DNA from: an uncultured bacterium
GTDB taxonomy: Bacteria; Patescibacteriota; Gracilibacteria; UM-FILTER-43-11
Direction of reading: 5' to 3'
NCBI GenBank assembly: GCA_965369305.1
Contig: CBDUQG010000003.1
Span: forward strand, 1-32,694
DNA length: 32,694 bases
Shown here: positions 26,393 through 32,694 of the stretch, in pieces
Layout: each line of letters begins with the position of its first letter
Position numbering within the stretch: position 1 is the first letter of the stretch
Position numbers and translations under genes: made by a program
The notes under the pieces: model-generated
The model's input: only the letters and a program-made list of their open reading frames with translations
Told to the model about the DNA's origin: nothing
Databases searched by the model: none

Positions 26393-26797
26393 ATGTCTGA
26401 CGAAAAGGAAATCAATTTGTCAAAGGCCGCTCAGGGAATCCTTGATGAGGTCAAGAAGCTCAGCGTTCTCGAACTGGCTGACCTAGTAAAAGCTATGGAA
26501 GAAGAGTTCGGTGTTTCTGCTGCTGCTCCTGTTGCTGTAGCTGCTGCCGGTGGTGGCGGTGGTGACGAAGGTGGCGCTGCTGAAAAAGACGCATTTGACG
26601 TCGAGCTGACCGCTGCTGGTGGTCAGAAGATCGCTGTTATCAAGGCCGTTCGTGAAATCACTGGTCTTGGTCTTAAGGAAGCAAAAGACCTTGTTGACGG
26701 TGCACCTAAGGTGATCAAGGAAGGAGTTAAAAAGGATGAGGCTGAAAAGATGAAGGCTCAGCTTGAAGAAGCTGGTGCTACTTGTGAGCTAAAATAG
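26393..26797 (+). CDS. rplL: 50S ribosomal protein bL12 (L7/L12)
   Basis: [48 protein letters not shown]. Confidence 0.98.
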   Translation: MSDEKEINLSKAAQGILDEVKKLSVLELADLVKAMEEEFGVSAAAPVAVAAAGGGGGDEGGAAEKDAFDVELTAAGGQKIAVIKAVREITGLGLKEAKDLVDGAPKVIKEGVKKDEAEKMKAQLEEAGATCELK

Positions 26798-26822
26798 TTC
26801 AGCCCTAACGACACAATCAAAC

Positions 26823-26853
26823 AAGATCGCTCCCAGCCGGGTGCGGTCTTTTT
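26823..26853 (+). terminator. Intrinsic terminator after rplL
   Basis: AAGATCGC-TCCC/GGGT-GCGGTCTT hairpin followed by a T run. Confidence 0.7.
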
Positions 26854-26883
26854 GTATTCTCATTTTTGCTCAGCTTAAGACCC

Positions 26884-26968
26884 TTGACAGAAAGGTATAT
26901 ATCAGTAATAATAAGCCGTTGCTCTTCTAATAACATAGGAAGTTTTATTGCCTTCGGGCAGAAAGGAG
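26884..26968 (+). promoter_or_regulatory. Promoter, boxA-like site, cUUCGg hairpin and strong SD of the SGNH gene
   Basis: TTGACA-17 bp-AATAAT; TGCTCTT 26920-26926; TGCC-TTCG-GGCA 26949-26960; GAAAGGAG 26961-26968. Confidence 0.65.
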
Positions 26969-26972
26969 ACCG

Positions 26973-27896
26973 ATGAACCGGTATTTTTTAGTGGCAGCAC
27001 TGTCTCTCATCGTTTTTACGGGCTGTATGAGCCTCGTGCAGACGGAGAAGCAAGCTCCCGCAGTCACCGAGCCCCCAAGCTTGGTGCTTAGTAGCCAGAC
27101 CATCAAGCTGCCTCCGCAGCGAGTCCAACGTTTCTACAACCTTATCTTAGAACCCAAGGACAAGATCCTTGCCGACGCGCCGACGCCCTCACCTGCCAAT
27201 GTGCAGGAAGAGCCGACTGCGCCTCTTGCCAAGATGCCAATGGACCTAAAAAGGCCCGGTACCACCCTCATTATTGGGGACAGTACCATGGCCATCTTCG
27301 ATCCGAAGACCAATCCAGAGTATCTGGCACTGCACGAGTTCCTAGATCTCGACGGAGACGTTAAGATCCTGGCCAAGGGGGAAACCAGAGCCAATTGGGT
27401 CAAGGTCGAGCTCATGCTCAGGCCAGCCAGTCGGTACTACAAAAACGTCCAGAACGCCGTGATTTCCACGGGGTCCAACAACCTCGGAAGCCACGACACG
27501 GTGGACGACATCTGGAAGACGCTCGAGGCCATCTATGCCGATCTCTCAGATCGTGGCATTCGGGTCTACGCCTGTACTCTGCCTCCGGGCAAGGGAATCC
27601 CTGCGGGCCTCTGGGCCATGAACTACCCGGCGGTCAAAGCTAAGCGTGATGAGCTCAACCGGCGCATCCGCGATGCCCTTCATACGGGCGACGTCTACCA
27701 CGTCATCGACCTAGCCGCTCCACTTTCCAAAGGAGGGCTGGCTGACGATGCTGACATCGAACGTATGGCCAAGCCGATTGCCCGCTTTCCGGGTGACCCG
27801 GCCCACGCCAGTGGACCAAAGATGGCAGAAGTCATCTTGCGTGAACTCTTGGCTGGAACCAACAAGGAGCCTCCTGGACCCTACCCCGACGAGTAG
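26973..27896 (+). CDS. SGNH/GDSL hydrolase-family lipoprotein
   Basis: Lipobox FTGC; block I LIIGDST, block III TGSNN, block V DPAH. Confidence 0.8.
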   Translation: MNRYFLVAALSLIVFTGCMSLVQTEKQAPAVTEPPSLVLSSQTIKLPPQRVQRFYNLILEPKDKILADAPTPSPANVQEEPTAPLAKMPMDLKRPGTTLIIGDSTMAIFDPKTNPEYLALHEFLDLDGDVKILAKGETRANWVKVELMLRPASRYYKNVQNAVISTGSNNLGSHDTVDDIWKTLEAIYADLSDRGIRVYACTLPPGKGIPAGLWAMNYPAVKAKRDELNRRIRDALHTGDVYHVIDLAAPLSKGGLADDADIERMAKPIARFPGDPAHASGPKMAEVILRELLAGTNKEPPGPYPDE

Positions 27897-27945
27897 CCTT
27901 TAGGGCACCGTTTCTTGACTTCCTATGCTCAATCGCTGAGCAATC

Positions 27946-27968
27946 AGCCCCGCTTGCGGGGCTTTTTT
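27946..27968 (+). terminator. Intrinsic terminator
   Basis: AGCCCCGC-TT-GCGGGGCT followed by a T run. Confidence 0.85.
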
Positions 27969-27972
27969 CCAT

Positions 27973-28001
27973 TTGTCAGCTGAGCTCAAAAACGTTAGAA
28001 T
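27973..28001 (+). promoter_or_regulatory. Sigma70 promoter of the LCP gene
   Basis: TTGTCA-17 bp-TAGAAT. Confidence 0.6.
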
Positions 28002-28016
28002 TCCGCAGGTATACCT

Positions 28017-29504
28017 ATGACTTTCAAAACACGACAAATTCGCCGGCGTCCGAGACGAAAGCCTCTTAAGAAAGCCAAGCACCTTGGCTTGGGGGTGATG
28101 CAATTTCTAAGAAGTCTTCCGCCTAAAACCAAGAGCTATCTGGCAGCAGGCGCTTTGGTGATCTTCGGTCTTTTTGTGGTTGTTAAAGTGACCACGGCGG
28201 CCTACCACGCCATTTCAGACTTCAATCCCAAGAGTCTTGTGTTTGCCGTAGGAGCGGATCTCGAAAAAGATGAGCATGGCTACACCAATATCTTGCTACT
28301 GGGTGATGGGGGACACGAGCGTGATGGAGCGGACCTTATCGACACCATCATGGTGGCGAGCATTGACTACGATAAGAACGCTGTTTCACTCCTTTCCATT
28401 CCCCGCGACTTCTACGTGAATGTGGATCAGGAAATAGGTGTCACACGCTCTGCCAAGATCAATGAGCTTTACCGCAACCACAAGAACCAGTACGAAACTG
28501 AAGAGGACCTCTTTCAGCTCTTCAAGCGGGCGTCTGGTAAGATTGCCGGATTAGATATCCAATACTACGTTCGTATTGATTTCAACGCCTTTGTCGACAT
28601 TGTCGATAGCCTGGATGGTATCACCGTCGATGTTGAAGAGTCTATTTACGACCCTTACTACCCGAATGAAACCGATGACGGCTACACGGTCTTCCGGATT
28701 GATGCAGGTCCACAAGAAATGAGCGGGGAAACCGCCCTTAAATTTGTACGTAGTCGTAAGACCACGTCCGATTTTGACCGCGCCGCCCGTCAGCAGCTCG
28801 TACTCGACGCCATTCAGCAAAAAGCCCTCAGTAAGGACATTCTAACGTCCACCGGTAAGCTTAAAGACCTTTACGCGGCGGTTGACCAGAATGTGAACAC
28901 CGATATGAGCATTCGCGAAATGATCTCGCTCGCCGGCTTTGCCAAGCAGATGGATCGCTCACGCCTCGTTCGCAAGCTCATCCACGACGATCCGGGTCAG
29001 GAAGGAGGGTTTCTCTACACGCCTGAACGTGAATTCTACAACGGTCAGTTTGTGCTGATTCCTTTCGGGAACGACCTCGAGCTCATCCACAAATACGCCG
29101 ATCTCATCTTCCATCAGCGCGAAGTCTATTGGGATCTGGCTGAAATTGAGGTCTTAAATGCCACTAAAATCCCCGGAATTGCCCGAAATGCAGCTTATCA
29201 GCTCAACCGTTTCGGCTTCGGCGTCGAGGAAATCGACAATTATTACGACGAAAATGATGAAAAAGCCTACCTAGAGCGAAGTCGTATTGAATACTACGAT
29301 TACACTGAAGGCCACGATGGCCTCGTTCGCCCTAAATACCAAGACACTATTTTGGCCCTGGATGGCTTTGTAAAAGCCGATGAAAGGGCTTCAGACAGAG
29401 CTTACCTCGTCAGTGAAGAGGGCAGTGAGAAGGTTTACGAGGGTGGCAACATGAACATCTCCATCATTCTGGGGGATGACTATGAGGTTTTTCTCGTGAA
29501 TTAA
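28017..29504 (+). CDS. LCP (LytR-CpsA-Psr) family glycopolymer transferase with LytR C-terminal domain
   Basis: Basic N-tail plus TM; NILLLG, DTIMVAS, LLSIPRD, KIN, AL.FVRSR, DF.R..RQQ; IEVLNAT...G.A...A..L...GF. Confidence 0.92.
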   Translation: MTFKTRQIRRRPRRKPLKKAKHLGLGVMQFLRSLPPKTKSYLAAGALVIFGLFVVVKVTTAAYHAISDFNPKSLVFAVGADLEKDEHGYTNILLLGDGGHERDGADLIDTIMVASIDYDKNAVSLLSIPRDFYVNVDQEIGVTRSAKINELYRNHKNQYETEEDLFQLFKRASGKIAGLDIQYYVRIDFNAFVDIVDSLDGITVDVEESIYDPYYPNETDDGYTVFRIDAGPQEMSGETALKFVRSRKTTSDFDRAARQQLVLDAIQQKALSKDILTSTGKLKDLYAAVDQNVNTDMSIREMISLAGFAKQMDRSRLVRKLIHDDPGQEGGFLYTPEREFYNGQFVLIPFGNDLELIHKYADLIFHQREVYWDLAEIEVLNATKIPGIARNAAYQLNRFGFGVEEIDNYYDENDEKAYLERSRIEYYDYTEGHDGLVRPKYQDTILALDGFVKADERASDRAYLVSEEGSEKVYEGGNMNISIILGDDYEVFLVN

Positions 29505-29506
29505 GC

Positions 29507-29535
29507 TTGCATATAAGCAAAAATTCCCCTAAAAT
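29507..29535 (+). promoter_or_regulatory. Sigma70 promoter of rpsT-ruvX
   Basis: TTGCAT-17 bp-TAAAAT. Confidence 0.7.
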
Positions 29536-29566
29536 GGCTCAGCATTGACCCATTAACCTTTTTCCG

Positions 29567-29971
29567 ATGCCAATCATTAAGAGTGCTATCAAACGAATGA
29601 AGCAGAACAGTGTGCGCCGTTCCCGCAATCGCCACTACAGTTCGCACATGAAATCCATGATCAAGTTGCTTTTGACGCATGTTGAAAAAGGCGAAATGGA
29701 TAAGGCTAAGAAGGTTCTTCCTGACGTGATTTCCGCGATTGATACGGCTGCTAAGAAGAATCTTATTCACGAAAACAATGCAGCTCGCAAGAAGTCTATC
29801 GTTCAGAAGGCTATCAATGCTGGCCCACCAAAGAAGGAAGAAAAGCCAGCTAAGACTAAGACCACTAAGAAAGAAGAAAAAGCAGCCAAGAAAGCTGAAG
29901 TAAAGGAAGAAAAGGCTGAAAAAGTTGAGGAGAAGGCAGAAGAATCTAAGGAAGAAGAAACCAAGGCTTAA
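29567..29971 (+). CDS. rpsT: 30S ribosomal protein bS20 with a Lys/Glu-rich C-terminal extension
   Basis: MPIIKSAIKRMKQ...RR.RN, ID.AAKKNLIH.N.AARKKS; about 45 extra residues. Confidence 0.96.
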   Translation: MPIIKSAIKRMKQNSVRRSRNRHYSSHMKSMIKLLLTHVEKGEMDKAKKVLPDVISAIDTAAKKNLIHENNAARKKSIVQKAINAGPPKKEEKPAKTKTTKKEEKAAKKAEVKEEKAEKVEEKAEESKEEETKA

Positions 29972-30405
29972 TGAGCAAAGGAAAATTTTTGGCCCTGGAC
30001 TACGGTGATAAACGAGTAGGTATGGCCGTATCGGATTACAATAAAGAGATCTCGTTTCCACGGGATTTTTTGACTTATACGGGCACCAAGAACCTCATCG
30101 CCCAACTCAAGAAGTTCTGCCAGGAAGAAGATATCAGTAAAATCATCCTAGGCTTACCTATTCAGATGGACGGCACTTTTGGTGACCGTGCCAAAAAGAC
30201 ACAGGTCTTTCACGATAAACTCAAGGAAGCCATGCCAGACATGCCTGTAGACTTCTTTGACGAACGCCTATCCACCGAATTCGCCATCAAGAACCTGCGA
30301 GGGCAGGGGATTAAGGATAAGGATCAAAAGGGCAAGCGCGATGCTATGTCCGCCCAGATCATTTTGCAGAATTATTTGGCTTCATTATCGGTAAAACAAG
30401 ATTGA
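29971..30405 (+). CDS. ruvX: YqgF/RuvX-family putative pre-16S rRNA nuclease
   Basis: LALDYGDKRVGMAVSD, LGLP, DERLST, D..SA.IILQ.YL. TAATG coupling to rpsT. Confidence 0.93.
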   Translation: MSKGKFLALDYGDKRVGMAVSDYNKEISFPRDFLTYTGTKNLIAQLKKFCQEEDISKIILGLPIQMDGTFGDRAKKTQVFHDKLKEAMPDMPVDFFDERLSTEFAIKNLRGQGIKDKDQKGKRDAMSAQIILQNYLASLSVKQD

Positions 30406-30430
30406 AAAAAAGAAGAATTTAGTTTATAGT
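30402..30430 (+). promoter_or_regulatory. Putative sigma70 promoter of the DUF6119-like gene
   Basis: TTGAAA-17 bp-TATAGT overlapping the ruvX stop codon. Confidence 0.5.
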
Positions 30431-30465
30431 AGCACCCCTAGGTAAGATTAATATAGTTAATCAAT

Positions 30466-32259
30466 ATGCCTGAAGAGAAGCTACAAATGAGTATATACAA
30501 ATTGGACTTGGGTAGTTCAATTTTTGAGGGTGAAGATGAAGAGATGAGTATTCTATCAGACGTTATTGTTGCGGAGGGCTACCGACCACAATCATTAAGG
30601 GCAGAGGGGGTTGATGACTACAGGCTCAAGCTATTTTATAAGTCGAAGAGTTATTCGCCTAGTTGGAAAGGGTTTGTGGCGAGCCTGGCTGCGCGAGGAC
30701 AATCTATATTAAGGCGTGATCGTAGTGCGTCAGAGAGCTTTGTCATGCTACTGCTGAGCAAAACTACAGACAACATTTACGCATTTACAGGTGGCCAGGG
30801 CTATTTTGTTATCCAGGAATATATTGACGACGATTTTGGTATCGATGTATTTGCCCGTTTAATAAGCAAAGGGGACAAAATACTAAAATCAACTAGGGAA
30901 AAGAGCGTCGTGGGAGGTGTTATGGGTTCAACTAAGCACTTTCGTAATAAGTACAACTTATTCGAGAATGATAGCTTCGGAAAGATTTATCAGGAGTTGC
31001 AGGCAAGTTTAGACAAAGAGACTTTGGTAGAACGATTTGGCTTTACGTCGACAGAGGTCGAGAAGGGTTTGGTTTGTATTGCTAAGCCATCATTCAAAAT
31101 TAATAAAGCGATTAGTCTAAGTCAGCTTATTAAGATAATCGATGGGTGCGAATATGTGCTAAATAATTTTGAAGCTGAACCAATCAATAACGTAGAAAAG
31201 ATCATTAAGAAAAAGAATCCAGGCTTAGTAAGTAAGCTATTTGATGTCTTATTCAAGCAGCTCCGGGAAAGATATTCGCAGGGTGAGGCCTACCGGATTG
31301 ATTTCGACTTATGCCACAAGGATTTTGAGGGTTACTTAGGTGCATCTAAGTATGTTGTCAGAAAGAATACGTCAGAACGAAATTTTTTTGGCGAATTTGA
31401 ATTTGTTAATGGTCTTGTAAGTATTGACACACTTTTTGAAAAAATTAGAAGACTGCCCTCACCTCCTGAGAATTTATCCGAGTTCACACAGCTATTCTCG
31501 TCCCTAAAGATTTATGCATATGATGACGACGGCAATGAAACGACTAGAGGATGGCTCGTTAATCATATACTCGGAGATGTTTTAGATCCCGAGGATAATA
31601 AGCGGTACTTCTTCATTGATAAAGCCTGGTACATGATCAAGGACCAGTTCATAAAGAATTTGAACGAAAGTTGTAGCAACTTTATAAAGAATAATTCAGC
31701 CCCTGTGGAAGTCAGGCCATGGAATTACCCTGCAGATGACGAAAACGATTATAACAAGGACTACATAGGTGAAGAGTCAACAATGGTTTTACACAAGGTA
31801 ACGCCAGACAATATCGAGGTGTGCGACGTGCTAAAATGGGACGATAATAATCTTTATCTTATACATGTGAAAAAAGGATTTGATAATTCCATGCGAGATT
31901 TATGTGCTCAGATTTCAGTGGCAGCGAGTAGGATTATTTTAGATAGGAATGCGGATGAACCAAATCGGTATATAAAAAGGTTATATGAAGAAATGGAAGC
32001 CAAGGCGGGTAGTGAAGATCCCTATTTTAAAAGTGTTGGAGAGCAGAAGGAAAGTCTTAACAAGCAAGATTTCGTTGAACTTTTCAAAAAGAATATAACT
32101 TTCGTTGTAGCTGTTCTTGATACTGGGGTAAGTCAAAGAGACATAGGAGATATTGAAGGATTCAACTCCAATATCGCCAAATTTTCATTGCAGGAACTGG
32201 TCAAAGAAATGGCAGGTTCTGAAGTAAATCTGAAAGTAGCACAAATAGCAAAGTCATGA
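30466..32259 (+). CDS. TIGR04141/DUF6119-like sporadically distributed protein, candidate nuclease
   Basis: P.W..F, YAFTGG.G, FG, WY, E..YN and C-terminal IEVCD.L......LIHVK motifs recognised by eye; visibly AT-richer, with TTA/ATA/AGA codons. Confidence 0.7.
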   Translation: MPEEKLQMSIYKLDLGSSIFEGEDEEMSILSDVIVAEGYRPQSLRAEGVDDYRLKLFYKSKSYSPSWKGFVASLAARGQSILRRDRSASESFVMLLLSKTTDNIYAFTGGQGYFVIQEYIDDDFGIDVFARLISKGDKILKSTREKSVVGGVMGSTKHFRNKYNLFENDSFGKIYQELQASLDKETLVERFGFTSTEVEKGLVCIAKPSFKINKAISLSQLIKIIDGCEYVLNNFEAEPINNVEKIIKKKNPGLVSKLFDVLFKQLRERYSQGEAYRIDFDLCHKDFEGYLGASKYVVRKNTSERNFFGEFEFVNGLVSIDTLFEKIRRLPSPPENLSEFTQLFSSLKIYAYDDDGNETTRGWLVNHILGDVLDPEDNKRYFFIDKAWYMIKDQFIKNLNESCSNFIKNNSAPVEVRPWNYPADDENDYNKDYIGEESTMVLHKVTPDNIEVCDVLKWDDNNLYLIHVKKGFDNSMRDLCAQISVAASRIILDRNADEPNRYIKRLYEEMEAKAGSEDPYFKSVGEQKESLNKQDFVELFKKNITFVVAVLDTGVSQRDIGDIEGFNSNIAKFSLQELVKEMAGSEVNLKVAQIAKS

Positions 32260-32278
32260 CAGGTCACTGAGATTGTTC

Positions 32279-32309
32279 TTGACCCTCACCTAACGTGATA
32301 CTTTATGCT
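32279..32309 (+). promoter_or_regulatory. MerR-type autoregulated promoter
   Basis: TTGACC-19 bp-TATGCT with dyad TCAC-N5-GTGA in the long spacer. Confidence 0.8.
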
Positions 32310-32341
32310 AGGCTTAGGTTCAGTGTTTTTAAGGTATTTTC

Positions 32342-32694
32342 ATGAAAACTTTAACCATCAAAAAGCTCGCGAGTGCCGCGGGGGTGAGCGTACGCACCCT
32401 CCAGTACTATGACGAGATCGGACTCCTGAAGCCCCATCGTCGGGCGGACAATAATTATAGGGTCTATGGCGACCTGGAAAGGCTAAGGCTGCAGCAAATC
32501 CTTTTCTACCGCCAGCTGGGCTACGAGCTCGATAAGATTCGGGAAATCCTGGATCAGCCCGGCTTTGACCTTAGAAAGTCTCTCGAGTTTCAGAGGGCGG
32601 AGCTCCAGAAAGAAAAGAAGCGCCTAGGCACACTCCTTAAAACACTCGACCAAACACTTACTCATTTAAATAATATTAAGACGATGAATAATAA
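32342..32694 (+). CDS. MerR-family regulator, TipA/Mta-like (3'-truncated; absent from the ORF track)
   Basis: Manual translation: MKTLTIKKLASAAGVSVRTLQYYDEIGLLKP.R..NNYRVY...RLQQILFYRQLG..L..I; open to the window end. Confidence 0.93.
   Translation, partial: MKTLTIKKLASAAGVSVRTLQYYDEIGLLKPHRRADNNYRVYGDLERLRLQQILFYRQLGYELDKIREILDQPGFDLRKSLEFQRAELQKEKKRLGTLLKTLDQTLTHLNNIKTMNN

Noticed and set aside
30399-32275. AGATTG on both sides of the DUF6119-like gene as a target-site duplication
   Set aside because: Only 6 bp, with no terminal inverted repeats or recombinase; not distinguishable from chance.
1-32694. Genome-wide UGA reassignment (code 25, as in Gracilibacteria)
   Set aside because: Long conserved genes (purF, purD, infB, nadB) contain no in-frame TGA, and TGA ends the phnA-like (TGATG overlap), csaB-like, ruvX and DUF6119-like genes at sensible positions.

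Overview
Compact, mostly housekeeping bacterial chromosome segment in standard code 11. Leaders mostly lack Shine-Dalgarno (SD) sites, ribosomal protein genes are scattered, and there are many orphan genes and acidic surface proteins. I infer a Patescibacteria/CPR organism, probably Peregrinibacteria-like; this is not proven. Gene order: 5'-truncated nadB, PrsW protease, NifU-domain protein, a 941-aa membrane-anchored surface protein, folD-purF-phnA-like-purD (minus strand), three orphan ORFs sharing a helical repeat, tmk, a Cys-rich lipoprotein, infB, two small orphans, dipZ plus a thioredoxin lipoprotein, an HTH regulator, rplS, a CsaB-like pyruvyltransferase, rplU, an RluA-family synthase, a winged-helix orphan, L10 leader-rplJ-rplL, an SGNH lipoprotein, an LCP protein, rpsT, ruvX/yqgF, an AT-rich TIGR04141/DUF6119-like gene and a 3'-truncated MerR regulator. 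No rRNA, tRNA, CRISPR array or transposase was seen. The most unusual signals are: (1) a 76-nt module, 66/76 identical, shared by the acidic tails of ribosomal proteins bL19 and uL10; (2) two orphan genes flanking rplJL built as self-contained cassettes (promoter, boxA-like site, the only clear SD sites in the window, complementary 5' and 3' UTRs, terminator); (3) an orphan helical-repeat cluster whose first two ORFs are in frame and separated by a single UGA; (4) a recurrent AAYCCT(T) motif at the SD position; (5) a probably horizontally acquired candidate defence nuclease. All family calls come from motif recognition by eye; no searches were run.
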